Positions 12,951-26,499 of a stretch of DNA of 64,000 bases are shown here, piece after piece. The notes under the pieces are model-generated. The model was not told the origin of the DNA. It did no database searches and saw only the letters and a program-made list of their open reading frames with translations. Made by a program: the position numbers and the translations under genes. This DNA comes from Felis catus (lineage: Eukaryota), in the NCBI RefSeq assembly GCF_018350175.1, contig NC_058368.1, positions 122,762,001 through 122,826,000 on the forward strand, in the 5' to 3' direction. The first letter of the stretch is position 1. Every line of letters begins with the position of its first letter.

Positions 12951-14489
12951 CTGCAGAAGAAAAAGAAGAAGATTACATAAATCTGAATTTCTGTAGTGTC
13001 AACAAAACCTCAAACTTTTCCACTTTACTCAGGTCTGACCACTTGTCACATACATACCAAGGACCTCTTGTTTAAAAAAAAAAAAAACATGTTTTACTTA
13101 TCTATTGGCAAAATAATGTGAGGACTAACTGGTGTCAACCAACATCAACTGATACATTTTACAACTGAGGTGGTCTAATAGATCATGGATCTAAGCTCCT
13201 AATTCTTTAAGTGAGAAAAGCAAGCACTGAATGGTTCATCAACAGTCTAATTGCATGTAATTTCAAGTCATAGTAAAGCCTTGAATTTAGACCTCCTGGA
13301 TCCTACTTTATTATATATTATTGTCTGTTTTTTAATGTGTGACAGGGTAAATCAAAACTACAAAAATATGATCAGAGTATCCACTTCATCACTTAATGCT
13401 ATCATTGTTTGGTTAATGTGAAGAAGGCATAGCAGAGAGAATATTAATACGTAAGGTAAACCTATGATAAATTATCTGCAGTGGGCTACTCCTGAGGTAG
13501 AAATGCAGACGCTATCAGTAATTACATCAGGACAGCAGGTGTATCCTGGGTCTACCCTGCATGAGCCAAGATGTGTGGTATGAAAGGTGCTTGTACATCA
13601 GAGGACGCCTTAGATAATGAATGAATGCATGCTGCTGTTCAAACCTCCATGCTTCGCAGATATTCTCTTTCTTTGACTCATAGAACTTAAATGGAGTCTG
13701 AATTGTGTCTCTTCGCTGAGAACTTTCTCCAGAAAAGCAGATACTTGGGTGGACAGACAGGCTTGCATAGCAGTGATGCATAACCAACTGCATACTAATT
13801 GTAGAAGGTCACAGGTCAGATCAGTGGTTTTCAAATACCAATTTCCTTGGTGAGGTACTCCATAAGAGTCAGACTTTGACCTTGTTATCACACTTCAGGA
13901 CCATTTTGTCAGACACGACTTCCTTGAATAAGGGTGGTGTATGGCATTCTAATGTTGAGCATGTTATCCTCATGTGTCTTTTAAGGCCACGGTTTACAGG
14001 GCTCTGGCTTCACCATAGCAAAATTGTAGGGACAAGTTATAAACACGGTGCTAAGAGCCATGTGTTGGTGACCATTCTAGGAGTCTGGAAAGCAGAAACT
14101 CTGTCCTTTTTCTTTTTTTTTTTTTTTTTTTCCCATTCTTCGAAGATGGAGAGTGGTAAAATGATGCCCGTAGTAGAAGATGGAGGGGAAAGGAGGCTTC
14201 CTCTACTCCTCTGAGGTCAGATATCAGCGCCGCCTCTCGGGGCATGAGGAGAGGGCCATCACCTCGCTGGCAATGAGATTCTTTGTCCAGGCAGTGTGGT
14301 GGGCCGAATGTAGCACCTTGAGTCAGACACCCTAGCCTCTGGGCGTCTTGATATGGACTGGTTATATGGTCCTGGGAACGTTGTTTAATCTCTCTGACCT
14401 GTTGTTTTATTACCAGCAAAAAAGGGGATCCTGAGATCCGCTGTGTCTGTCTCACAGAGTAACTGGAGGAGAGTCAATGAAGCCGATGA

Positions 14490-14580
14490 AGCCTGCTTTG
14501 CATTCTGTGTCTCCCTCTTTCTCTGCCCCTCCCCTGCTCACGCTCTCTTTCTTTCTAACATAAATAAACATTAAAAAAGA
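14490..14580 (+). mobile_element. 5'-truncated Can-SINE
   Basis: Only the gcctgct...CT tract...aataaacattaaaa portion is present. Confidence 0.85.
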
Positions 14581-15718
14581 AAATGCCTAGGGTAGTGACA
14601 TTAATAGATATTTTAAAAATCCACTCCCCCCCCCCCACCCATTTTAGTCTGGTTTTCCTTACATGAATGGGAATGGAATCAAACTGAAGTTTGTGGTTTT
14701 AATTCTGACTTCCTCTTTGTCAGCCACAGAGCTGGTTAAGACTTCGCACAGAAAATTACTAGAACCAAGAGCTAGCCATTTGAAGCTGTGGAAAATGGAA
14801 GGCATCAGGCATGTGCGTTGACAACTGGAGAAGCTGGAAACAGTTCCCACCTTCTGTGGGTCTTCGTGCCAAACACTGGGAGGTCAGACTCAGTCCTTGG
14901 CTTACTGCACTTCACCTTTGCCTCATTCAGTCCCACAGAGCTAGGCAGCACACTTCTGAAATGAGGACCATTCAAATTTAAAATTTTGCAGAGGATGTGT
15001 ACTTTATGTCCGGAAATTTTAAAAATTATACTTTTTAATCGAACACTCTCAGTGTTTCGTAATTTTCACATAAGTGGCCCTGTTTGTTCCTTGCAGAATC
15101 CATGAGAGGAGATGAGGGCAAGCTCCATCATCCCCATTTTATCGATAAGGCTTAGACACAAGTCTCGGTCACATACCCAAGGTCAAGTAAGTATGTGAAG
15201 ACCCAGCCGATGTAAGAATCCAGGCTGCTGATGGTCTGGCTCCTGGCCCCGACCAGCTCCCTCTGATCTCCCATGTATGGGCAGCTACAGAAGCAATTTG
15301 GGAGGAAGAAAATCCTGACCGTTGTCTCAGAAGCAGCAGATGGTTTGCTATTTTCTTCTTGGGTGCCCACGGAAGATGCTGCAAAATAGCCATATTCTTT
15401 GGCATCACAGAAATTCAGATTGGAACTCTAGGCAAAGCCTCTTGCGATCCTTGCTGTGTTCCTCAGCACGATGCTCCCGGGCATCACGGCAGGGTCACTG
15501 TTGTTGTGTTAAGATTGCTGGCCTCACTGCAGCTTGTTCAGCACTCCTGTGTGAGCCCTCTCCCGTCCCCCCACCGTGTACATTCCCAAATGCAGTCTTT
15601 CAGGACTATTACGCTTTCCCCTGAAAGTGTTGGCTGACTCTGAGGAGGCTTTCAGGCCACTGGGGGAAGTGACATGAGGGCTTCATCATCACGTGTCAAC
15701 CTAAGTTTCTGGACTTAC

Positions 15719-15731
15719 TGTGGAGGGGACA
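15719..15731 (-). CDS. JAKMIP2: Candidate 13-nt microexon (TGTCCCCTCCACA) in JAKMIP2 intron 20
   Basis: ccctttcttccttgtgctgcag|TGTCCCCTCCACA|gtaagt. Strong splice signals on both sides, but no transcript evidence. Confidence 0.45.
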
Positions 15732-16147
15732 CTGCAGCACAAGGAAGAAAGGGCTTTTTATCAATAGTAACAGGAATGATTTTTTTTTTTTTTTCAAAAA
15801 GGGACGAAAAATATTTTGAAAAGAAAGAGCAAAGTAGAGGCACAAAACTCATGAGAAATTTCTGGAAAGGAAATGAAGATAAGAAAGGGGAAGTGAGGAA
15901 AGAAAACACCCATAGCAAAAAATAGGAATCAACACAAAAGGCAAACATGTCCAGGTTAGGTTGCTGAAGACAGAACCTTTTCTGGAATGCTGGTGACTGA
16001 CTGGAGGTGAAGTCTATATTGACTGTAACAACACCTGCTTCAGCAAGATACACAGTAACAGAAGAAACACAATGCGGTGAATGAAACTCCTATTATTTTC
16101 TGGTCTAAAAGTTAAAGACTGAAATTCACACTGAATTTAACACATAC

Positions 16148-16213
16148 CTTTTCTTCTAAGTCCTTTATCTGTCTTTTCTGGATGTCTGTTTTATCTTCTA
16201 AGTCACGAATTCT
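16148..16213 (-). CDS. JAKMIP2: JAKMIP2 exon 20 (66 nt, RIRDLEDKTDIQKRQIKDLEEK)
   Basis: cag|AGA acceptor, AAG|gtatgt donor. Confidence 0.96.
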
Positions 16214-16419
16214 CTGAACAAAGGAAAAAAGAGAAAGAGTTAGTGGGTGTTAACAAGAAGACTGTTCACCAACCTAAAACACGAAACTTGCTATGAAAAC
16301 ATTAACATTAGTACTCACAGCTGGAAGCATCACATATACGTTTTCCCACACCCAGAAGACGGTTGGATTACCCATACTTGTCATTCAAAAGCATGGCATT
16401 GATTACGTATGTGTTTTTA

Positions 16420-16680
16420 AATTTGCTACCCCTGTCTATGCACCTGTCTCTACAGACCTATCTCTGAGAGGGAGGTAATGTTCTCACCCCAGCGTCCTCG
16501 GGCTTGGCTGTGAGGCCTATTTGGCCAGTGGAATGTGAGTAGGAGACGCAGGAGTACCACCTGCTCATCGAGACAGCATTATGTCCTGGAACTAGCGAGC
16601 AAGAAACTGTGTTGGAGCCATTGGGATTGGGATTTTTGGTTGTTGATTACCACTGTAAAAAATGGCTAGTGGTGATATAC
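16420..16680 (+). mobile_element. MLT1-type (ERVL-MaLR) LTR remnant
   Basis: Motif tttggccagtggaatgtgagtagg and a MaLR-like 3' end. Confidence 0.6.
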
Positions 16681-17255
16681 ATACACAAATGCAAACAGTC
16701 CCCTTGTTTTTTGCTACCCTTCCTTTCCAACCATGTTTCATCTCTGCTTCAGGGTAGAATTTCCTCATAAAACAGGATTTGCCAATTCTCATAAAACAAA
16801 GTAGAGATAAGACTTGGGCAAAAATTCCAAAGAGACAACTGATTAAGTTAGGGGAAAACTAAACATAGCAAAAAGCATAAGGAATCCTAAGGACAAAATA
16901 ATTCCAGAACTATCTTTGAACTCACCTGTCAACTGTGTAACAAAATTCCAGTCATTTAAAAAGTGCAGATTTGAAATCAACATTACGTAATTATTTGCAA
17001 GTGAAAAATAATCTTCAAATTTCTAGGCAACTAAAGGCCTTTTATGTTCATGGCACATGGTTATACAGTGTAAGTTTGTTATTTAATGCCTCTCTTGGGA
17101 ATAATCAGAAAATGAGAACAGGAGTCTGAGAAGAAAACAGTGGAAGCTAAATGTGGTAATAATATAGAAAAAGAGGTTTTTATAATGCAACGTGTGAAGA
17201 AGAGGAAGCTAGAACAAATACTTGAACTTGAAAATCATATCTCCCTACTCTGAAA

Positions 17256-17534
17256 CAGTGGTTCTCAACAGAGGATGACTCTGCCCCCCAGGGAAGCTTT
17301 GGCAATGTCTGGATATCTCTTAAAGTTATTTAATTTAATGTGAGGTATATAATTCAGTGGTTTTAGAATATTCACAAAGTTATGCAACCATCATCACTAT
17401 CTGACTATCTGGACATTTTTTAATCACATGTGGTCAATAATCACACCTAGGGTGGGGGTTGTAATTAGCATCTAATAGGCAGAGCCCAGGATGATACACA
17501 GGACAGCCCCCTACCATAGAGAATCATCTGACCA
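17256..17534 (+). mobile_element. MER20 DNA transposon interrupted by an L1 3'-end fragment (about 17320-17405) and a SINE
   Basis: cagtggttctcaac...gccccccaggg...ttggcaatgtctgga...acacaggacagcccc. Confidence 0.8.
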
Positions 17535-17783
17535 GGGTGCCTGTGTGGTTCAGTTGGTTGAACATCCCACTCTTGATTTCGGCTTAGGTCATGATGTCAT
17601 GGTTTGGGAGTTTGAGCCCCACATCAGGCTCTATGTTGACAGTGTGGAGCCTGCTTGGGATTCTCTCTCTGCCCCTCTCCCGCTCACACAAACATGTGCA
17701 TGCTCTCTCTCACCCTCTCTTTCTCAAAATATATAAAAAACAAAATATATAAACAAAAAACAAAATATATAAAAAACAGAAAA
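17535..17783 (+). mobile_element. Can-SINE inserted in MER20
   Basis: TSD agaatcatctgacca on both sides. Confidence 0.93.
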
Positions 17784-18769
17784 AGAATCATCTGACCAAA
17801 CGTAGGGAATGAGAAGACTGAAGAATGTGTTCTAAAGGGAAGGGACTGAGGTTTGTGCAGGAGAGGATGAGGTGTTTGGGTCAGAGAGACCATCAAGGCT
17901 GACCATGAAATTATAGGACAATGAATGATGGGTAAGAGAACGGGCCTGGAAGCTAATGGTGTGTGTACACGGGAGTGACATGTGTGCTTGTGTATATTTC
18001 CACAGTGCTGCTCAGGCGCCAAAGCTACACAATAAAAGAATAAATTTGCTAGACATTTCCACCTTGAGTGTACATGTAATTCCTTTATATGTCTACTGAA
18101 TGTGGAGGCCAAGTGTTATCTCAACACAATTATGGACATGTGGGATTACTAGAGATTACTACAGTGTCTACTTGGCCACCAAGTGCATGTTTGTTGAGCA
18201 ACTTCTTACAAAGGTCAGGACTATGCTGGATATAATGGAGAATACAGACACCAGTCCATTTTTGGTCCCAAAGAACCATTGGAATAAGATGGGGAGATGG
18301 AGTTTAAAACACAGGGAGAAACAAATTAAGTAGAAAAGGTAAACGATGGCAACGCCATTGTAACTTCATCACCAATCTCTAGTAAGTAGGACAGCGTTCA
18401 GCACAAGGAAGTTGCCTATGCTTGTTAACTACATGAGTTATTTATGCTACAGTCATGTGCTGCATGCTCTATTTCTTTCCTTTCCCATTCACTTGCCACC
18501 CCATCCAAGGGGGAACCTTCTCAGGTCCAAAAGAGACCCCTTTTTATCTTACCTGTCCTGCTAATCAGTACACAAGTCACTGTTGTCTGCATCAGGACTG
18601 GGGTGAGAGCTTACTGCTAGTTCTGTTTCTAATTTAGTACATCCATCTACAGCAGCTGTGTGTACTCCTGACATGTGGAATAATCAGGGCAGGCCCTGAG
18701 TTTAAGGCGGAGAGGAACAAGCGTAAGAATAAGGGAGAGGCAGCCAGGCTGCACTCAGAATAGAACCCA

Positions 18770-19240
18770 ACTCCTTCAAGGCCCAGTGTGATTTAGCCTT
18801 TTCTTCCCGGTCCAACTTCACTTCACATCCACTTCACCTTGGCTCTATGTGCTCTATTTTTATGGCCTTCTCTCTGTTCCTTGACTATTCCAAATGTTCC
18901 CACAATAGAGACTTAGACTCTGTTGTCCCTATCTCCTGGGGCATTTTGCCAAGATCTTTGTGTGGCTGGTCCCTTGGGTTTTAGACATCTTCAAAGATGC
19001 CTGATCTGCCTAGTCAGTCTAAAGTGGAGAATCCTATTCCCAAACACACACACACATTGTATACTTTTCTTCATAGCATTTATTGACACTCTCTGAAATT
19101 GCCTTGGTCATTGCTAATTTGTGTTGTTGCTTTGACCCTTTTCATGGGTAGGACAGATGGGAGCAGTGACCTTTATGTCTCTGTCCACCATAATATTCCT
19201 GGTACAAGCAGGCTTTCAAATATGGTTTTGAAACAATGTG
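18770..19240 (+). mobile_element. L2 fragment
   Basis: Pyrimidine-rich L2-like body, degenerate. Confidence 0.55.
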
Positions 19241-20580
19241 TAACAGGATATGAAGTGCAGATTTTTTTCAGTAGTATGCAGTCCATTATTATCAGGGGAG
19301 CATCCTAAAGGAGGTGGATCTTAAGCTGGGACTGGAAAAATGAGAACATTTAGATAAATGCAGCAGACACGAGGGGCATTTTATGGTGAGTGGTCATGGC
19401 AACAAAGGCTTAGAGTAGGGAGTCATGACCCAAGCGGTACCAGGAAGAGTTCTGCATGAGTAGAGAGGACAGTATACTCTGGAGATTGTCTCCGATCAGG
19501 TTTTCAGAGAAGGGGTAGCCAGCTAATGAAGGACCTGGAGAGAGCTGCATAGGCCTAGACCCAACTGCAAATTGAGATCATAGAGGCTTTGAGGAAGAAT
19601 GTACCATGAGGAAAGGTGAAAGAATGTGTAGTGATATGCATGATGAACTACAGGGAGGGCAGGAAGTCATCTCCACCACTCAATCCCCATGGCATCCTGC
19701 ATATAACTTTTTTATGCCACTTGTCAAGAGATACCAAACGTAATTTTTTTTCTTTGTGTTAACCTCCTTTGTCTCCATCAATAAGTCCTATGCTTTGTAA
19801 AAGCAGAGTCCATGTGAGTTCTCTATGTCTGAAATGGTATCCAAAGACTAGGAAGTGCATTTAAATATGTGACTGAATAAATGCCTAGATGACGGAGTCA
19901 GGTTACATCAGAGGACATCTGGCAGCATCTGGGAGCTGTTGCAGGGTTGAAAGGTCCTGCCTCTGCCTCAAGTTACAAGTGTGAACAAAATAGACCAGCT
20001 TCAGAAACATTTCAGGAGAAATACTAATTGGATGTAATGCTATATTAATGATTGGAGATAAAGGACAAAGAAGACTCCAGGGTTTCCAGCCTGAGTGCTT
20101 TGGGATATGGTAATTCTACTGACGAAAACAGGCAGATGGGGAGAGAAGGGGAAAGAATAAAAATGCACACTTAGATATGTTTCATATGAGTTCACTGTGA
20201 AACATTCAAACAGAAATGTCCAATAAATAGTTACTGATAGGCTCTAGGACTTAACTGGATCACATAGCTTATACATGACAAAACCTGGGCAATACCTTCT
20301 GAAATAATTCTCTTAAATCTACTGATTATAAAGGGAGACAAAGAGTAAGAAATAATTAGAAAAGGCATTTTCTAATGAACATTTGTTTGGGAGATAGAAA
20401 ATTTCAATGGAAATCTCTGAGGCTTAGAAATGTAATGTACCTCTCACTGGATAGCTTAAAACAAAGCAAACAAAACATGTCTTTCAGGTTTGGCTTGGTT
20501 AGAGACTCAAAAAAATGACAAGGTTTTAATCATAAATAAATTTAGATAACTCTTTGCCCATCTTAAAAATAAATACTTTT

Positions 20581-20785
20581 GGGGCACCTGGGTGGCTCAA
20601 TCAGTTAAACGTCCGACTTTGGCTCAGGTCATGATCTCACAATTCACGAGTAGGAGCCCCGCATCAGGCTCTGTGCTGACAGCTCAGACAGAGCCTGGAG
20701 GCTGCTTCAGATTTTGTGTCTCCCTCTCTCTCTGCCTCTCTCTCTCTCTCAAAAATAAATAAACAATAAAAAATTAAAAAAAAAA
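20581..20785 (+). mobile_element. Can-SINE (SINEC_Fc type)
   Basis: ggggcacctgggtggctca head, CT tract, A tail. Confidence 0.95.
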
Positions 20786-21464
20786 TAAACACTTCTGTGG
20801 TTCCATAGCACAACTGCTGATTTGTTGAAATTAACTAAATGCCATTGCAGTATAAAAAAATTACGCAGAGGGCACTTTTATTCCTGCAACTAATGAGGCC
20901 ATGGGGTCTATCATTAAAGGGCTGAAAAACATTCCAGGATCAAAACCCAGAACTTTATGATGGAATCTGAAAGCGCACTGAAACAAACATGCATGTGTTC
21001 ACCATCTCCGGGACAAAAGGCTTCACCGCTCTTAGCTCCCTGTTAACTCAGATAATCTGCTCGATTATAAAGATTCACACAACTCCTGGCTACGCAGGAA
21101 GTGTGCTAAGTGTCATGTTCCCCATAAACCGTTCTTATGGGTGTCATAAAATAACCTGTTCCTTTTCCACCCACCTTGATCTCTAAAGACCACACAACTC
21201 TTACTTCTTGTATTGTCCATCTGGATTGTGTATCAGCTGCTTATCCCAGCTTCTAAGTACCAAATCCTACTGGCACTATCAACTTTGTAATTCTTTTGGA
21301 ATCTGCTTTTTGACCAGGGCCTTAGTCCTCACCTGTCAAGCTAAGACATGAACTAAGAGATGGAATTAAGAATTTTGGCTATAAATGAAAATTGAGTGTC
21401 TCCAGAGCCTTCCTGGTCTAGATGGGTCACATCAATCAGAGAGGACTCAAGTTGCGTAGGAGAG

Positions 21465-21700
21465 GGTAGCACAATGGTTATACGCACTGGCCTTGAGTTA
21501 TGCACACCTGAGTAGATACTGGCTCTGGTGCTCGCTATCTGTGTCACCTTGGGCAAATGACTTAAGCACTCATGTCTTCAGTATCATTATCTCCTCAATG
21601 GGATAATAAGAATACTTACCTTAGTGGGCTACTGTGAAGATTAAATGCAATGATGTAAGCAGAGCCCTTAGTTTAGTTCCTGACATAGCAAATGCCAGTA
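21465..21700 (+). mobile_element. MIR
   Basis: tgtgtcaccttgggcaaatgacttaa...aatgggataataagaatacttacc. Confidence 0.85.
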
Positions 21701-22161
21701 AGTAAGCGGCAGCTTCCAGGCTTTGTTGTTGTTGCTGTTTGTTCTGGGAATAAAGAAAAAGGCCCTTGTTCTCTTTTACCCTATTCAGATGATCTGATCA
21801 GGCTAGATTATGGACTGGGATGAGTAACAGGAGGAAGCAGTATTTCTGTCCTGGGGAGAGTCTTGCTTCCCTGCATAAGGGAGCTAATCAGGCTCCAGGA
21901 GACCCAAAGGGTATTTCATGACATCCCGAATAGTAGCAGTAGGCAATGCTTCTGGAATGCCAATTTTCTCAAGACTGAATCATTACCAAACTGTCATCCT
22001 GTCTCTGAGTCTAGGCGGCCAACAAGAGTTCTGTATCTTACTCTCCGAAGATGGCGTACAGCTCCTGGGCTTCTCTCACCCACACTCCATACCACGCACT
22101 TAGTACTAAGTCCCATTTGCTTAGTACCAACCCTACAGAGATGCAGTGGCTCCGTCCTCAC

Positions 22162-22365
22162 CTGATGGGCTTGCTGTAAGAGCTCCATTCGCTCCTGAAG
22201 AATCTGACAGTCATACTCTCTGCTCTTCCTCAGCATCTGCCGCCGTAACTTTTCTACCGCTGTTCTCAGCTCTTCTTGCTGTTTTTCACTTAATAATTCA
22301 CCAAACTTGATAACGGTTTCTTGCTGCAGAGCATTGTACAAAGTAGCTTCTAGTTCCTGGATTCT
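22162..22365 (-). CDS. JAKMIP2: JAKMIP2 exon 19 (204 nt, RIQELEATL...LLQQAHQ)
   Basis: cag|AGA acceptor, CAG|gtgagg donor, overlaps ORF 21994..22341. Confidence 0.97.
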
Positions 22366-24332
22366 CTGGCAAACAGAATTAGAAAAGTCTAACTTTGAAA
22401 CTTAGCATTTCTGGTGGTATGTGAATGGAGACACTTGCGTGTGGGGGAGAGGGGAGTTATGTATTACTGGAATCTTACGGATCATAGCACTAAAATCAAT
22501 CTCAAAGCTTATCCAGCCACACTACCGTTTTGATAATCCCCTTTGTAAGACTCCGTGAGTCATCGAGCTAACAATACCTGAACTTCTCTGATGATGGGGC
22601 ATCTGTTCTTTTTCTTGGGATCCTGTCGATTTCACACACCTTTCATTTTTAGTAAGTCCTTACTTTGTTATAAAAATTGTATATTCTTCTATTCTCAAAT
22701 GTAGCTGAGAACAGATTTGTGCTCTCTTCCATCTGACAGCCCTTCAGATATGTAGACATCTATCATGGTGGCTGTACGTTTAGAAATAAGCACTGAAAAG
22801 TGGTCTAAGTTGGAATACTAAGTTGGGGATCTATTTCACACACAAAATGCCACCTCTCTTCCACATGACACACATACGAACTTGAAGATGGCTTTACAGT
22901 CTCCCTATCTTAAAATACAAATTAGGAGACATGATCTGAAAATGGCCTGGAGTCTTTGGAATTGGTTTGTTTTTTAATATTCTGACATTTAAAGCTGCTT
23001 TAGCTATAAAATGCCTCCTTGAGTCTTCTCTGTTTTGGATGAAGAATCCTTATATCCTTATATTCCAGTTTTGTTTTGTTTTGTTTTTTAAACATGCTTC
23101 AGTTATAGTCACCAAAATCTACAATCTTACCTCCTGTGACTTTGACAGAGGTGAATGGTCATGCCTTGGTACAGAGTATTTTCCTAGCTCGTTTCCAAGT
23201 TCCTAGCTCTTGTACTCGACTGAACAGATCTCATCTTTTTAACATGACATGTGTCTGAATGAGTACTTGCTCATGGGACACATAAGCACCTGAACCTGAC
23301 CATGTGTAGGTAAAGAAGGCAAGGATAAAAGGGTAGGAAGGGAGGGGAGAAAGTGCTTCCTTCTTTATTCTCTGGTGACCAACTCTCATTTTTCTCCTTT
23401 CCCCATCGAGCAGTGCTCAGAATCTCTTACTCATTTTGGAGAAGAATACTAATTCATCTCTGTTACAAGCAGGGGCTAAGTGCTTCATTCTTATCCCCAA
23501 AGTGACTCAGGCTGCTTCCAGGAAAGCATTATAAAAACCTCTACCAGCAACTCCTTGAAGTGTTCCCCTTTTAAGTTTGGTCTTTTTCTCTTGAGTCATT
23601 ACTGTGAATTAATGGTTGGGGTGGGGGGCAGTATATGGAGAGAAGAAATGCAAGCTGTTGTCCCGTATTAGGAATTATGTGTTATGAATCTGTCATGGGG
23701 AATGAATCAAATGGGGTCCTCAGTCCACACAGCCTTCTGTGGGGGAGAAAAGGCACAACCCATCTCCCGAACAGCCTCACTTACTGTGGCTGGATTACGG
23801 TAGAGAAGGCCACAGGGTCTGGAGTCAGAACTGAGCACTACGTGCTTGCTCTCTTGGGCAGAGTTCTTTCACTCTCCAAGCCTTCATTTCCTCATATGTA
23901 ATACAGGAATGATCATATTACCTGCACCCCAGAGGGTTGTTGTGAGAAATATGTGAAGGAAAAATATACACAGCAGACATTAAATGCTCTACTCTTTTCT
24001 CACTACGTGAGGCTCCCAAACAGTTAGATTTAATAAAATTTCTCTTTCATCTACAGTACCATCCAACCTGTCTCTCATTAAAGTATTCTGTAACAGACAC
24101 TTAATTTTTTTATATGAAGCATAATTAAGTATGCATTACATATTATAAGAGTAATATAACGGGAAATAGGTAGGGATGTATTTATTCTACAACCAGAACT
24201 GGAAACCACTGAATAAATGAGCTTGCATGTTGTGGTCTATCCAAGTACATGGCGGGACAAGTGAACCATGATGCTTCACTCCACAGCACAGGACTGTGAA
24301 CTCTGGGTGTCCTGAGTGCTTGCTGTACCTAC

Positions 24333-24410
24333 CATATATGCTTGGTCGAGAGCTTGTTTTCTGTAATCTAGTTCTTCCTCCAAATAGCCTTTTATTTTGC
24401 AGAATTGTTC
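24333..24410 (-). CDS. JAKMIP2: JAKMIP2 exon 18 (78 nt, EQFCKIKGYLEEELDYRKQALDQAYM)
   Basis: tag|GAA acceptor, ATG|gtaggt donor. Confidence 0.95.
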
Positions 24411-25062
24411 CTATAAAAAGGATAAAGAGAAAAGACAAAGCGATATGAGCTTACATGATAAAAGATGAAGAGAATGATAAAGAGAAAAGAACTTAGTTTA
24501 CTAGAAAGCAGTATATAAATGGTATTGATGAATGTTTCCTCTAACTCCCCAACAAGACCAGTCACTAGCATTTATAGGGTCATAGATTCTGTTAGGAAAA
24601 TAGTTCAACTTTCAAAGTCTCACACAGAGAATGTGAAAATCAATGGAAAGAAGTATATAAGATATCATGAACAATCCACCACATGGAATGCTTTCAAGGA
24701 TTTTTATGCCAGTCCAAGAGCGCGTGGTTAAGGACAGGGTTACTAATAACTATATCTGTGCAAATATATTGTGAGAGTCTATTTTTGTAAGAATGTTTTG
24801 AAATGTAATATGCACAGTTGCATAATAAAAAATGATTCAAAATTATCTCGCACAATTAGCAAACACAAAGATGGATAATGATGTGGGGGGATGGCAGCTA
24901 TTCCACCCACAATGTCACTTCATGAATGGGCTTCTGCTTCTGCCACAAAACCAGTACGAGCTGGGACCGAAATCTGAAGTTCCTTTGCTTGTCCCCAGTG
25001 TCTGCATGCCTGGTCTCACATCGCAAGCATCTTTCCAACAGCATTTAAAAATATAACTTTGT

Positions 25063-25250
25063 GGGGCACTTGGGTGGCTCAGTCGGTTCAGGGTCCAACT
25101 TCGGGATCAAGGTTCATGAGCTCAAGCCCTGCATCAGGCTCTGTGCTGATAGCCTGGAGCCTGTTTTGGCTTCTGTGTCTCCCTTTCTCTCTCTGCCCCT
25201 CCCCTACCTGTGCTCTATACTCTCTCAAAAATAAATAAACATTAAAAGTA
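25063..25250 (+). mobile_element. Can-SINE (first of a tandem pair)
   Basis: Head, CT tract and tail present. Confidence 0.92.
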
Positions 25251-25264
25251 TATATATATCTCAT

Positions 25265-25435
25265 GGGGCACCTGGGTGGCTCAGTCGGTTGAGCATCCAA
25301 CTTCCGCTCAGGTCAAGACCTTATTTGTGAGTTCGACCCCCGCATCAGGCTCACTGCTGTCAGCCTGTCAGCATGGAGCCCGTTTTGGATCCTCTGTCTC
25401 CTCTCTCTGCCCCCTTCCCACTGATGCTGTCTATT
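25265..25435 (+). mobile_element. Can-SINE (second of a tandem pair, no clear A tail)
   Basis: ggggcacctgggtggctcagtcgg head directly after the first element's tail. Confidence 0.9.
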
Positions 25436-25749
25436 TTTTCTGTATTTGACTCCTCCGTTGGTTTCATAGCTAAAACTTTTAACTGTACTGTCCATTTTAT
25501 ATCTCTCAAGGCTACCAATACTGTAGTACAACATTAATGAAAAATAAGAAAAACATTTAATACTGGTGTTTTGTCACAGAATTCATTTTGCTCCATATTT
25601 CAATGAAATCATAAAATCATCTGACAGAGCAAACTTCATCACTCTGAAAGCTCTGCACACTTTTTACCTCCTTTGAATGTCATAGCAGCTCCATACAATA
25701 CTCCAGGCTGATATTTTACACCCACTTTACAAGTAGTGACAGTGAGGCT

Positions 25750-25953
25750 TTTAAGTTTATTTATTTTGAGAGAGACAGAGACAGTATGAGTGGGGGGAAG
25801 GACGGAGAAAGGGGGAGAATCCCAAGTAGCTTCAGCTGACCGTGTGGTCAGCACAGAGCCCAATGCGGGGCTCAAATTCACAGAATCGTGAGATCATGAC
25901 CCAAGCCAAAATCAAGAGTCAGACGCTTAACCAACCAAGCCACCCAGGCACCC
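25750..25953 (-). mobile_element. Can-SINE
   Basis: Reverse-complement head gccacccaggcaccc and GA tract. Confidence 0.93.
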
Positions 25954-26104
25954 TGCAAGTTATTCTTGTTATAGGATTCCCTAACCTGATAGGAATCACT
26001 ACCTGCTTTTCAGTAGTAATAATAATAATGACAGTACAGTTATAAAATCCTATGTATTCCTGTAAGTTATAATGAACAATTCCTGTGCTTAGGGATTTAA
26101 AGAA

Positions 26105-26467
26105 ATATTTAATTACAGTAAAACACACAAAATTACTCTTAACCATTTTTAAGTGTACAATTCAGTAGGGTTAAGTATATTTACACAGTTAAGCAGCCAA
26201 TCTCCAGAATGCTTTTCATTTTGCAAAACTGAAACCGTATCCATTAAATGACAACTCATTTTCTCTTTGTCTTCACTCCTAACGGCCATTGTTCCTACTT
26301 TCTATTAGTCTGACTACTCTAGATACTTACGTAAGTGGAATCATACATTATTTGTCTTTTTGCAATTGGCTTATTTCACTTTGCATAATATCCTCAAGGT
26401 TCATCCACGTTATATCATATATTAGAATTTCCTTCCTTTCTAAAAGTTTTTGTTAATGTTTATTTTT

Positions 26468-26499
<32 letters not shown>

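Noticed and set aside
15611..15640. Possible acceptor ctttcag|GGGAAAGCGTAA about 100 nt after the candidate microexon
   Set aside because: Weak pyrimidine tract with a competing upstream AG, and no supporting evidence
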